A stretch of 64,000 nt of DNA from Bacteroidales bacterium UBA3754 (GTDB lineage Bacteria > Bacteroidota > Bacteroidia > Bacteroidales > UBA1715). Every line of letters begins with the position of its first letter. The stretch's first letter is position 1. The translations under genes were made by a program, and so were the position numbers. Shown in pieces: positions 9,321-18,540 of this stretch. The notes beneath the pieces were generated by a model. It was not told where the DNA came from. It saw only the letters and a list, made by a program, of their open reading frames with translations, and did no database searches. The stretch is taken from assembly GCA_002371705.1 (NCBI GenBank), contig DFGI01000066.1:4472-68471 (forward strand), given 5' to 3'.

Positions 9321-10658
9321 ATGGCAAAGTCGCAAGTGTCGCAAAAGCAAAAGATAATAATATATACGGAATCCAAGTTCCTCCCCGAAAAAAAGTACGT
9401 GTTCCAGGTGCTTTTTAACGAGATTCTTGGTATGGAGTATGAACTGTTTGACACTTCGGTAAGCCAAGTCTATAAATTTGTGCTACCCAACGGCATGTTT
9501 GTTGAATTTGCCGACGAATTTTTTACATATATCCCGGAATCAATTGGATATTGCTCGCGCAAGCATTTGCCGACAAAGGTCGCAGAACTAAAAAATGTGC
9601 TTCCCGATGAGGTTGTTCCGTTTTTGTACGGAAACAACACGCTCACCCGCCACGAACGGAATGTGTACTGCGGCGGCGACATTATTGGTAGCTCTTTTTT
9701 TATGTTGAGTCGCTGGGAAGAAATGATTTCTGAATCCTACGACCGATGGGGACGATTCCCTGAAAAAGATGCTTTCGCGGTGAAATATAACATCATACAA
9801 AAACCTGTTGTTCATATTTATGCGGAATTAGTGCGGCAGTTTTTTGCTGAATATGGTTGGGAAGTTCCTCAATGTCATACATTTACTAAGACAATAAGCC
9901 ACGATGTGGACTATTTGTACAAATGGGGACGACCAATTGATTTTCTGAAAAGTTGTTGCGCCGATTTGCTAAAACGAATGTCGATTCGAACATTCAAATC
10001 GTCGCTGAAAATGCGTCAAAATGCGCAAGACCCATACGATGTGTACGCAAAATTGATGGATTTGAGCGAACGCCACGGATTGAAGTCGGTTTTCTATTTC
10101 TTGAACACCAAAAGCAATGAATGGGAACTGCAAACCGAACGCGGTCAGCGCATTATAGCTTCCATTATGGAACGGAACCACACTGTTGGTATTCATTCAA
10201 ATTATTATTTGGAAGCCGATATTGAAAAGGTGAAAGCTGATAAAGAATTTTATTCGTCAATTTTGCATAAAGAATTGACACTCAACCGACAACATTATCT
10301 GAAAATGCGCGTTCCGCAAACCTTCCGAATGTTGGAACAAGTTGGAATAGAGCAAGATAGTAGTATGTATTATCCTCATTTCCCAGGATTTAGAACGGGT
10401 ATGTGCATAGAACATTCCTTGTTCGATTGCGAAACACGCACTATAATGAAAATCAAAGAATTACCATTGACGTTGATGGATATTTCATTGCAACGGGCGC
10501 GAAAACACGAGGAAGCAATTTCTTGGATAGACCCGCTCATTGAAACCGTGAAAAAATACAACGGAAATTTTGTGTGCCTATGGCATAACAGTAGTTTCAA
10601 CGCGTTGGAATGGGAATATCTTGATGGTATTTATGAGCATATTGTAGAAAAAGAATAA
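9321..10658 (+). CDS. Conserved cytoplasmic protein, polysaccharide-deacetylase-like C-terminal domain (tentative)
   Basis: 445 aa with no signal peptide. ISHDVDYLYKW and VGIHSNYY motifs resemble the metal-binding motifs of NodB-like / polysaccharide deacetylase-related folds. This is a motif-level call only. Confidence 0.4.
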   Translation: MAKSQVSQKQKIIIYTESKFLPEKKYVFQVLFNEILGMEYELFDTSVSQVYKFVLPNGMFVEFADEFFTYIPESIGYCSRKHLPTKVAELKNVLPDEVVPFLYGNNTLTRHERNVYCGGDIIGSSFFMLSRWEEMISESYDRWGRFPEKDAFAVKYNIIQKPVVHIYAELVRQFFAEYGWEVPQCHTFTKTISHDVDYLYKWGRPIDFLKSCCADLLKRMSIRTFKSSLKMRQNAQDPYDVYAKLMDLSERHGLKSVFYFLNTKSNEWELQTERGQRIIASIMERNHTVGIHSNYYLEADIEKVKADKEFYSSILHKELTLNRQHYLKMRVPQTFRMLEQVGIEQDSSMYYPHFPGFRTGMCIEHSLFDCETRTIMKIKELPLTLMDISLQRARKHEEAISWIDPLIETVKKYNGNFVCLWHNSSFNALEWEYLDGIYEHIVEKE

Positions 10659-10668
10659 CTGACTGTAA

Positions 10669-11640
10669 ATGAATACGTTCGGCATAATCTTCAAAGTAGA
10701 GATTTTTGGCGAGAGCCATGGAAAACAAGTTGGGGTAATTATTGACGGTTGTCCTTCGGGAATTGCGCTCGATGAACAGGATTTCCAAACGGATTTGCAA
10801 CGTCGTCGCTCGGGAAAGTTGGGCACAACGCCACGTATCGAAGCCGACGTTCCTCATATTGTAAGCGGTGTGTATGAAGGAAAAACCTGTGGCACGCCCA
10901 TCACAATTTTATTTGACAATACAAACACAAAATCAGGCGATTATTCCAATTTGATGGACCATCCACGTCCTGGTCATGCCGACTATACAGGCATGGTGAA
11001 ATATGGCGGCTACAATGACCCACGTGGCGGCGGACATTTTTCTGGACGTATTACGCTTGGTATTGTGGCGGCTGGCGTTATCGCAAAAAAAATCATCGCT
11101 CCAATTTCTATTTCTGCGGAACTTACCGAAGTTGGTGGCAGAACCGACATAGATGAATGCATTAAAGAAGCGATGCAACAGAAGGATTCCGTGGGCGGAA
11201 TGGTCCGTTGCTCGTGCACAAACGTGCCAGTTGGCTTGGGAGAACCATTTTTCGATTCGGTTGAGTCGGAAATTGCACATATAATATTTGCTATTCCAGC
11301 TATTAAAAGCATAGAATTTGGTAGCGGCATAGAAGCGGCAAAAATGCGTGGCAGCGAACACAATGACGCAATACTTGACGCTTCGGGAAAAACGAAAACG
11401 AACTACGCCGGTGGCATCAATGGTGGGATAACAAACGGCAACGATATAGAATTCCGTGTGGCAGTGAAACCAACGGCAAGCATTGCGCAGGCTCAGAACA
11501 CATATAATTTTGCCTCGGGTGCAGTAGAACCGCTCGAAATTGTTGGTCGCCACGATGCATGTATCGCCGTTCGTGTGCCCGTGATTGTGGAATGCGCTAC
11601 GGCTATTGTTTTGGCTGACTTGATGCTTCGGTCGAAATAA
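10669..11640 (+). CDS. aroC: Chorismate synthase
   Basis: FKVEIFGESHG...IDGCPSG...RRRSG...RPGHADY...GGGHFSGR...VGRHDACI signature blocks. At 323 aa it is on the short side for the family. Confidence 0.9.
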   Translation: MNTFGIIFKVEIFGESHGKQVGVIIDGCPSGIALDEQDFQTDLQRRRSGKLGTTPRIEADVPHIVSGVYEGKTCGTPITILFDNTNTKSGDYSNLMDHPRPGHADYTGMVKYGGYNDPRGGGHFSGRITLGIVAAGVIAKKIIAPISISAELTEVGGRTDIDECIKEAMQQKDSVGGMVRCSCTNVPVGLGEPFFDSVESEIAHIIFAIPAIKSIEFGSGIEAAKMRGSEHNDAILDASGKTKTNYAGGINGGITNGNDIEFRVAVKPTASIAQAQNTYNFASGAVEPLEIVGRHDACIAVRVPVIVECATAIVLADLMLRSK

Positions 11641-11806
11641 TTCGCTGGGATTAGATTACTATAGGGGGATTTCTAAATAAATATCCGTTTTTAGGTTCCA
11701 TTTTAAATCAATAAACATATTGACTGTGTGGAGTTTTGTTGTTAACATACCAATCTTACAAATACTATTTTGATGCGTTATTGTTTGTGGATTTAGAATT
11801 AAAGCA

Positions 11807-11814
11807 TATCTTTG
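11807..11814 (+). promoter_or_regulatory. -7 box (TATCTTTG) for the 11858 operon
   Basis: Exact TAnnTTTG match 44 nt upstream of the ATG at 11858. Confidence 0.4.
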
Positions 11815-11857
11815 CCGCCGTTAATTAATAAAATACTTAAACCTAAAACATCAAAAT

Positions 11858-13384
11858 ATGATAAAGAAAAAAACATTACGAGTGTTGTTTTGTGCCTTAG
11901 TGGCTTGTTTCTCAATTAATCTTTCCTTGTTTGCTGATACATATTCACCTGATGTCGTTTATACAAAGGGCGATGAAGTAACCGTGACAATTAATGGTAC
12001 GACAATAACTGTTGTATATCTGAATGATAGTCCATCGTCTAATTTTATGCCATCAACTCCGTATGATGTAAACAATGGTTGGTTGTGGAGTGTGTCTCCC
12101 AATTATACAGGTGAATGGGTGGCATACCATTATATGCTATTCCCAGAAAGTCCAACAACTGTAACGCACGCAGGAAACACTTATCGGTTATTGAAAGAGG
12201 TATGGGCATCTACTACATCTCCTGCAAGTAATAGTTGGGCGTGGGAATGTTTGGATTGTGAATTGTCTTCTGCACAATCATGTCCAAATCCATTTGCGAC
12301 GGATTATTTCCCCATTTCGCTGGCTCAGCAAAATAATGGCGATGATACAACAACGCCAGTTAATGCGAGTGGAAGTGGTGGAATCGTTCAAGGACAAGGA
12401 GGAAAGTTTATTGATATTGGACAACAGCGAGAATGTCAAACGCCCTTGTCATTATACAATAATGATATTTATTTTCGTGATGGGTGCGACCCTCATGCAG
12501 GGCTTGGTTATTATGGTATAGCAGACAACACCAATGTACCAGCACCACCGAAACGTTTGTTTGCCGATACTGATACCGACGGTCCTGTATTGTATGGTTG
12601 GAAAGGCGGGGCATTGGGTATTCGCCAAAGAAGAAATCTTTCAGCTGTAAATGGGGAACATATAGAAAAAATTGCTCTACAATGGACGCCTGATACAATA
12701 TACATAGGCTCAAAGGATATACCAATGCAATTGAGAACTTATACAACAATTAACAGTACCAATATACCATCGAATAAAAGTGCAATATATGCGACAGGTG
12801 TTGATAAAACTCGTTTTTTAACATTCCATAATACGAATTTGGGTAAAACCACTTTTTCTGTTACGGGAAACGGAAATGTAACATTGAGTACAGAATCTGA
12901 TTATTCATCGAATGCTACGGGAAACCATGCTATTCAAGTAAAAGGAACGCAACAAACAATGTTGTTGGGGGTAAATAGTAATACAGGTATTTCATATATG
13001 CAAGCATCTGATAATTCTCAGCAAAATAAAACAATTGCATTGAATCCAAACGGTGGTTCCGTAACAATTGGTACAACTAATCCAAGCCAATACACGCTTG
13101 CTGTTGCTGGTACTATTGTGGCTGAAGGCATTTATTGCAAATTGCAAAGTAACTGGCCTGATTACGTGTTTGATAAATCATACGAGTTAATGCCTTTAGC
13201 GTCAGTGGAAAAATATATTAAGAAAAATAAACATCTGCCCAATGTGCCTTCTGCCACTGAGATACAGGATTCTGAAATCTCTGTGGGTGATATGAATGCC
13301 ATATTACTCAAAAAAATAGAGGAACTGACATTGTATATCATTGAACAAGAAAAGAGAATAAAAGAATTAGAAATGAAAAAGTAA
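11858..13384 (+). CDS. Secreted surface protein with a tail-fibre-like C-terminal coiled-coil module
   Basis: Signal peptide present. N-terminal Trp/Tyr-rich segments (YTKGDEVTV..., HAGNTYRLLKEVWAS...SWAWEC) resemble small carbohydrate-binding modules. The C-terminal block WPDYVFDKSYELMPL..EKYIKKNKHLPNVPSA...LLKKIEELTLYIIEQEKRIKELE is a module I recognise from Bacteroidota proteins annotated as tail-fibre-like. Confidence 0.5.
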   Translation: MIKKKTLRVLFCALVACFSINLSLFADTYSPDVVYTKGDEVTVTINGTTITVVYLNDSPSSNFMPSTPYDVNNGWLWSVSPNYTGEWVAYHYMLFPESPTTVTHAGNTYRLLKEVWASTTSPASNSWAWECLDCELSSAQSCPNPFATDYFPISLAQQNNGDDTTTPVNASGSGGIVQGQGGKFIDIGQQRECQTPLSLYNNDIYFRDGCDPHAGLGYYGIADNTNVPAPPKRLFADTDTDGPVLYGWKGGALGIRQRRNLSAVNGEHIEKIALQWTPDTIYIGSKDIPMQLRTYTTINSTNIPSNKSAIYATGVDKTRFLTFHNTNLGKTTFSVTGNGNVTLSTESDYSSNATGNHAIQVKGTQQTMLLGVNSNTGISYMQASDNSQQNKTIALNPNGGSVTIGTTNPSQYTLAVAGTIVAEGIYCKLQSNWPDYVFDKSYELMPLASVEKYIKKNKHLPNVPSATEIQDSEISVGDMNAILLKKIEELTLYIIEQEKRIKELEMKK

Positions 13385-13389
13385 TCTCA

Positions 13390-13938
13390 ATGAAAACATT
13401 TCGTTGTTGCATCTTGCTTATTATAATGGCATTTTGTTTTGTGGCATGTGATTTTCAAATTGGAGTATCTCATTTTTTGTTTATATATAAAGCAAAGGCT
13501 GATTACTCAAATCAAATATTTATATTTGTTGACTCTACAAGATCCCATATATATCGAAGACCTAAGAAAGACGAAGTTAAAGAATACTTGAAACCAATTA
13601 AATTACGTGATAATTATTTTATGGCTGACGAAGTCGTAAATCGTAATGGATGGGAACCAACATTTTTCTGTGAATGTGTTCCTACAAGTTTAACAACAGA
13701 CCATGCTGACGCATTAGATACTCTTACAGATGAACAATTGTTGGATTTGGTTGTAGATTTTGAACCCTATTTGGAATTTTATTCGACAAATAGGTTGAAA
13801 TCCATCAAAAAGATGAGCAATGTGGATAAATGTAATAAAATAATTAAAGATGGTAAACTATCAAAATATATGAAACAAAAAAAAATTTCTTCAACCCAAG
13901 GTTGTCATACCTGTCCAAATTGCATGGAAGTAAAATAA
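13390..13938 (+). CDS. Hypothetical lipoprotein
   Basis: Lipobox-like LIIMAFCFVAC. It starts 5 nt after the preceding gene and ends 22 nt before the C10 peptidase. I recognise no family. Confidence 0.45.
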   Translation: MKTFRCCILLIIMAFCFVACDFQIGVSHFLFIYKAKADYSNQIFIFVDSTRSHIYRRPKKDEVKEYLKPIKLRDNYFMADEVVNRNGWEPTFFCECVPTSLTTDHADALDTLTDEQLLDLVVDFEPYLEFYSTNRLKSIKKMSNVDKCNKIIKDGKLSKYMKQKKISSTQGCHTCPNCMEVK

Positions 13939-13960
13939 AATATAACACAAAAATACTATT

Positions 13961-15970
13961 ATGTATAACATATTAAAAAAAGAGGTGATTGTAATCCAAC
14001 TATTATGCTACTCTATCTTTTGCTTTTCGCAAAACGTACAAATGGAGGATGCTAAGAACGTTTCAATCAACCTGATGACCTCTTTAGATATTTATGATAA
14101 AAGCATTAACGATGTAATTCCAATATACAAAAATGATACTCTTGTATATTATATTGTAAACTTTAGTGAAAACCAAGGATGGACGATAGTATCTGCTACG
14201 ACAAAAACAAGACCTATATTTGCATATTCAGAATCGGGACATTTCTACGAAAACTTGGAACTTCCTCCTCCCCTAATACAGTTGTTATCGTCATATAAAG
14301 AGGAAGTATTAAGAACTCTTTCATACGATTCTATATTTGTAGTGGACGAATGGAATAACTATTTGTATCCCAAGAGAAGATTATTAAAATCTTCTTCTCT
14401 CTACGAAAACAACGATTATTTTTTATTACTTGATATACCAAGCAGAGGAGGTGAAGTTTTGTGGAATCAAGAAACAAATTCAAATGGAGGATGTAATCCA
14501 TCGTATAATAAATATTGTCCTACATTGCCAGCAATTCTTGATGGGTGTACATGTGGAAAGAAGGGAGCAGCTGGCTGTGGAGCAGTCGCAATGGGACAAA
14601 TAATGTGGAAATGGGAATGGCCTAATTCGTATCCTTGGCGACGTATGCCTATACAATTGGAAGAAGGAGATAGGGATGATATACCTCTATTATTACGTGA
14701 CTGTGGGGAGAGATGTAATATGCATTATTTCTGTCCAGGCTCGTTTACGACTTTACAGGATTTAGTTGACGCATTTGACGATTTTAATTATAAAGGAATT
14801 ACAGGAATAAAACATAAAGGGTGGGAATATGGAGATGCATGGGAAAATATTATTCGCACGGAATTAGATTGTGGTCGTCCTGTTTTATATAGAGGAGGTG
14901 AAGTCATAGAATTTGGAGACATGGGAAACGTACACTATTTTGTGATAGAAGGATATAATCGTAAAAATCCTAATTTTTTTTACATTAATTGGGGCTGGGG
15001 TTATGAAAATAATTATCATGAAGATGGATGGACACCATCTAATTACACATTATCTGATTTAATATCGCCACAAGATGATAATTATACAGATAAGGCAATG
15101 GCTATTATTGGGATTTCTCCAACAATAAAAAATACTCCTACTACAATAAGTTCATTAAATGTAACTACGGTTTCCGACTACGAAAACATTGTTGCAAGAC
15201 AAAATATTATTTTACAGAATCCCCAAACACATAAAATCTCCGTAAAAAAAGATGGTACTATTTGTGCAAGGGCCGGAAATTCTATTTATTTTCCTCCTGA
15301 ATTTGAAGTTGAATTTGGAGGCACTTTATATGCTGAAATAGACACTAGTTTAGCACAAGATTGTAACATTGAAATTGTATCCAAAAGTAATGCACTGTGT
15401 ATGAATACAGTGAGTAATCATGAATTTGTCATTTTTCCTAAAAATGCAAATTCATATTCTATTACGGTTTGGGATAGAAGAAGTAAATTATTATATCAGA
15501 ATGCAGGGCTAATTTCTGATAGAAGTATTAATTCCTTATGGGATGGAACGGGAGTTCAGAGCGAAGGTGTTTATATGGTTGAATTGGTTTTAAGAAATAA
15601 TTGTGGAGAATTTTTACGTGAGGTTTGTGATGTTACTGCCTTATATGGTTGTAGAGAAGCGTCAACAAAATCATATAGTATAGAGGAACAAACAGATGAA
15701 AATACGTTATTAAGTACTAATGAAACACCTATGGACAATGTGATAATATATCCAAATCCAACAACAGGCAGATGCTATATTGAAGTGAAAGATATTTTAT
15801 CATATTCTTATAAAGTATATAACTCAAATGGTCAAAAAATCATAGAAAAAAACAACGTGTATTCTCCTGTAGAGTATTTTGATATTCCTGATAATATACA
15901 TGACTACAGTATTGTTGAAGTAGAATTTGATAATCAAAAGGTTTATCGGAAGATTATTTTGAAAAAATAG
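13961..15970 (+). CDS. C10-family cysteine peptidase (streptopain/SpeB-like) with an N-terminal pro/inhibitor domain and a T9SS C-terminal sorting domain
   Basis: Signal peptide and an I69-like propeptide region. Catalytic Cys context is GCGAVAMGQIMWKW and His context is VHYFVIEGY. The C-terminus (VIIYPNPTTGRCYIEV...VEVEFDNQKVYRKIILKK) looks like a T9SS C-terminal domain (CTD). Confidence 0.8.
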   Translation: MYNILKKEVIVIQLLCYSIFCFSQNVQMEDAKNVSINLMTSLDIYDKSINDVIPIYKNDTLVYYIVNFSENQGWTIVSATTKTRPIFAYSESGHFYENLELPPPLIQLLSSYKEEVLRTLSYDSIFVVDEWNNYLYPKRRLLKSSSLYENNDYFLLLDIPSRGGEVLWNQETNSNGGCNPSYNKYCPTLPAILDGCTCGKKGAAGCGAVAMGQIMWKWEWPNSYPWRRMPIQLEEGDRDDIPLLLRDCGERCNMHYFCPGSFTTLQDLVDAFDDFNYKGITGIKHKGWEYGDAWENIIRTELDCGRPVLYRGGEVIEFGDMGNVHYFVIEGYNRKNPNFFYINWGWGYENNYHEDGWTPSNYTLSDLISPQDDNYTDKAMAIIGISPTIKNTPTTISSLNVTTVSDYENIVARQNIILQNPQTHKISVKKDGTICARAGNSIYFPPEFEVEFGGTLYAEIDTSLAQDCNIEIVSKSNALCMNTVSNHEFVIFPKNANSYSITVWDRRSKLLYQNAGLISDRSINSLWDGTGVQSEGVYMVELVLRNNCGEFLREVCDVTALYGCREASTKSYSIEEQTDENTLLSTNETPMDNVIIYPNPTTGRCYIEVKDILSYSYKVYNSNGQKIIEKNNVYSPVEYFDIPDNIHDYSIVEVEFDNQKVYRKIILKK

Positions 15971-15983
15971 AAAATTCTTATAA

Positions 15984-16077
15984 ATGAAGCGAATTCTATT
16001 TAGTATTATTTGTGTGTTTATAACACACCTTTTTTATGGGCAATCTACATTTTTCAACATCTATCCGTGTTTATGAC
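15984..16077 (+). pseudogene. Orphan signal-peptide ORF (31 codons), a possible remnant of a secreted-protein gene
   Basis: ATG AAG CGA ATT CTA TTT... encodes MKRILFSIICVFITHLFYGQSTFFNIYPCL and then a stop. This is a typical Bacteroidota signal peptide with no mature domain behind it. Confidence 0.25.
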
Positions 16078-16162
16078 ACATTCAGATGGCTAGCCAATAC
16101 TGTTGGAACTAATATTACCGTGAAGTATCATTTTAAGCCAACAAATAAAATAGGAGAATAAA

Positions 16163-16807
16163 ATGAGACGTGTTTGGCACATATGCATTATAACATTACT
16201 ATTTTGTGGTTGTTGTTCAAAAGAGTATTGTGTAGGATTTGACAAAAGAAACGCATATTTTATACCTAAAATAGAAGAAGGTGTATTCTGGAGCATGACC
16301 CCCAATGATTATGAATGGTCTTTTTACAAAACAAAGATTTCTGTAACAGAACCAACACAAATTTCTTCGTGTGACGATTGTGATTGTGAATGCGATAAAA
16401 TAGTATCTTATACTGCTCGATTCGGAAATATTTATAATGTACGACAAGAACAAACCGATTCGTATTTAACATACGACAGAAATAAAAAGAAAGATATTAT
16501 ATACATTCTAAATAGTTCTAACACCAATACCAATCATATAACAGGGCAGTTTATCTTTGAGAACGATACAGTTTCTTTTTCTTACACGGTCAACAACGAT
16601 ATTATTTCCTCTTCTAACACTATTCTTGATTCCATTGAGATAGATACCACAACATATTATGAGGTTTTGGAATTACATGGGAAAAAATATTCTACCATCT
16701 ATCTTGCAAAAGATAAAGGCTTTATTCAAGCAATATCCTCTGATACTGTATGGACAATAAACGAAAATGTCAAATACACTGATTTATTATATCCTAAAGA
16801 TATTTAG
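16163..16807 (+). CDS. Hypothetical lipoprotein with a Cys/Asp cluster
   Basis: Lipobox LLFCGCC and an SSCDDCDCECDK cluster. I recognise no family. Confidence 0.45.
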   Translation: MRRVWHICIITLLFCGCCSKEYCVGFDKRNAYFIPKIEEGVFWSMTPNDYEWSFYKTKISVTEPTQISSCDDCDCECDKIVSYTARFGNIYNVRQEQTDSYLTYDRNKKKDIIYILNSSNTNTNHITGQFIFENDTVSFSYTVNNDIISSSNTILDSIEIDTTTYYEVLELHGKKYSTIYLAKDKGFIQAISSDTVWTINENVKYTDLLYPKDI

Positions 16808-16822
16808 TCGATAACATCAACA

Positions 16823-17611
16823 ATGGGTTTTATTCAAAACATATTTGCAAGAAAGAAATCGTTGTCTGCCATTGCGCGAAAAACAGGCTATGTGCGTGAC
16901 CAAATGGGCATACAAAATAGATTTTTGCGTGAAAATCAACAGTGGCAAAGCCATTTGCAAAACACCAAGCAATATATTCTTGATTATATTCAACAACTTT
17001 CGTCGAAAACTTCAGCCGCCGTGCTTGGTAGTGGTTGGTTGCTCGATGTCCCCATTGATGATTTGGCACAAACATTTCAACACGTGTATTTGTTCGATAT
17101 TGTTCATCCTGAACAAATTACGGTGCGTATGCGGAAATATCCGAACGTGCATCTTGTGGAATGCGACTTGACAGGTGGAATAGTTGGATTTGCTGAAGAA
17201 TCCAAGACTTTTGTGGAATTTTTAGAAAAAATACCGTCTGCGAAATTGTCGATTGATTGCCAAAACTACGATGCTGTTTTCTCTGTTAACATATTGAATC
17301 AGTTGGATATACTGCTCTGCGACTACCTCAAAAATAAATTTTCAGTTGGTGAAACAGAACTATCACAAGTACGGAATTTCGTGCAACAATTCCATATAGA
17401 CAATCTTCCGATAGGAAAAACGTGCTTGATAACCGATTATGCCGAAGAGAATATTGGCGTTGATGATGCTCTTGTTGAAACTAAGAGATTGTTATACTGT
17501 ACGTTACCTCCGTCTAAACAAAAAAAGGAATGGCTTTGGAATTTCGACAGCAATCAAAAATATCATTCGGGGAAAAACACGAAATTGAAGGTGCAGGCAA
17601 TACAATTTTGA
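16823..17611 (+). CDS. Cytoplasmic protein with a Rossmann/class-I-methyltransferase-like motif pattern (tentative)
   Basis: No signal peptide. AAVLGSGWLLDVP (motif-I-like), VYLFDIVHP (acidic end of beta-2), LVECDLTG and DAVFSVNILNQL follow the order of SAM-methyltransferase motifs I-IV, but all are degenerate. Confidence 0.3.
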   Translation: MGFIQNIFARKKSLSAIARKTGYVRDQMGIQNRFLRENQQWQSHLQNTKQYILDYIQQLSSKTSAAVLGSGWLLDVPIDDLAQTFQHVYLFDIVHPEQITVRMRKYPNVHLVECDLTGGIVGFAEESKTFVEFLEKIPSAKLSIDCQNYDAVFSVNILNQLDILLCDYLKNKFSVGETELSQVRNFVQQFHIDNLPIGKTCLITDYAEENIGVDDALVETKRLLYCTLPPSKQKKEWLWNFDSNQKYHSGKNTKLKVQAIQF

Positions 17612-17667
17612 AAAAATAATGTTCGTAAATGAAAAATTTATATTTTTACGATTCTAAAATATAAAAA

Positions 17668-18528
17668 ATGAAAATTCAAAAATATGTGTTGATTGCTTTA
17701 TGCGTGTTGCTTTCATCGTGTGCGCAGGCAAAGGATTCTAAGGAAATTCATGCTTCATCGTTTATGAAGGATTTGAAAAAAGGAAAGAATGTTGAGATTG
17801 CCAACAAAATCATTCTCGATGATGTTGATTTTACCTCAATCGAAAAACTTCAAATGCTGAGTGCCAATCAGATACAAAATGTTGTGGAAGGAAACGTGTG
17901 CTTTATTAATTGTATCTTTATGGGCAAAGTTACTGCCACAGGCAAATACAAATCTGTTGATGTTCAAACGAAATTTAATAATAATGTGATTTTTGAAAAC
18001 TGCGATTTCCGTGGCGATGTTTCGTTTGATAACGCAGTAGTAATTGGTGCTGTGAATTTCCAACAGGCAAAATTCCGCAAAGCGGCTTCGTTCATTAATT
18101 TGATGGCGTGGACGAAAGAAGCGTATTTCTCTGAAATTGAGGCGGAGGAAGACATAAATTTTATTTATGCAACATTCAATGGTAGTGTTTATATGCGCAA
18201 TGCAATTTTCCAAAAATCTGTTTCGTTTCAGGGAATGACAGTGCAGGGACAATTTGCCGCAAGTGGAATGAAGTGCGCGCAATCGGCTGAATTTGATATG
18301 CTTACGGTTGGTCAACGGGCTATATTCAATTATTCCACATTTGAAAAACAACCAACGTTCATCCAAGCACGATTCCACGATGATGCGGAGTTTGTTGGCA
18401 TCACGTTGCAAAATTTGAACGAAGTGTTTGAAAATACCTATGTTGGTGGAAAATTGCTGGTTGGAGAGTCGGTTGCGCCTGCTCGATTAAAAGTGGAACA
18501 AAATTTGCTACAGAAACAAGAAAATTAA
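17668..18528 (+). CDS. Pentapeptide-repeat lipoprotein
   Basis: Lipobox LLSSC. A long run of five-residue periodicity follows (FENCDFRGDVSFDNAVVIGAVNFQQAKFRKAASF...). Confidence 0.7.
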   Translation: MKIQKYVLIALCVLLSSCAQAKDSKEIHASSFMKDLKKGKNVEIANKIILDDVDFTSIEKLQMLSANQIQNVVEGNVCFINCIFMGKVTATGKYKSVDVQTKFNNNVIFENCDFRGDVSFDNAVVIGAVNFQQAKFRKAASFINLMAWTKEAYFSEIEAEEDINFIYATFNGSVYMRNAIFQKSVSFQGMTVQGQFAASGMKCAQSAEFDMLTVGQRAIFNYSTFEKQPTFIQARFHDDAEFVGITLQNLNEVFENTYVGGKLLVGESVAPARLKVEQNLLQKQEN

Positions 18529-18540
18529 AAATTGAACGAT

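Noticed and set aside
10933-11553. Long antisense ORFs inside confident genes (206 aa in aroC; also 17836-18411, 34457-35005, 36158-36706, 41689-42201, 52105-52614, 58169-58678 and others in the track)
   Set aside because: Each is fully embedded opposite a gene with clear family motifs, and none shows a signal or a motif of its own. They are typical shadow ORFs.
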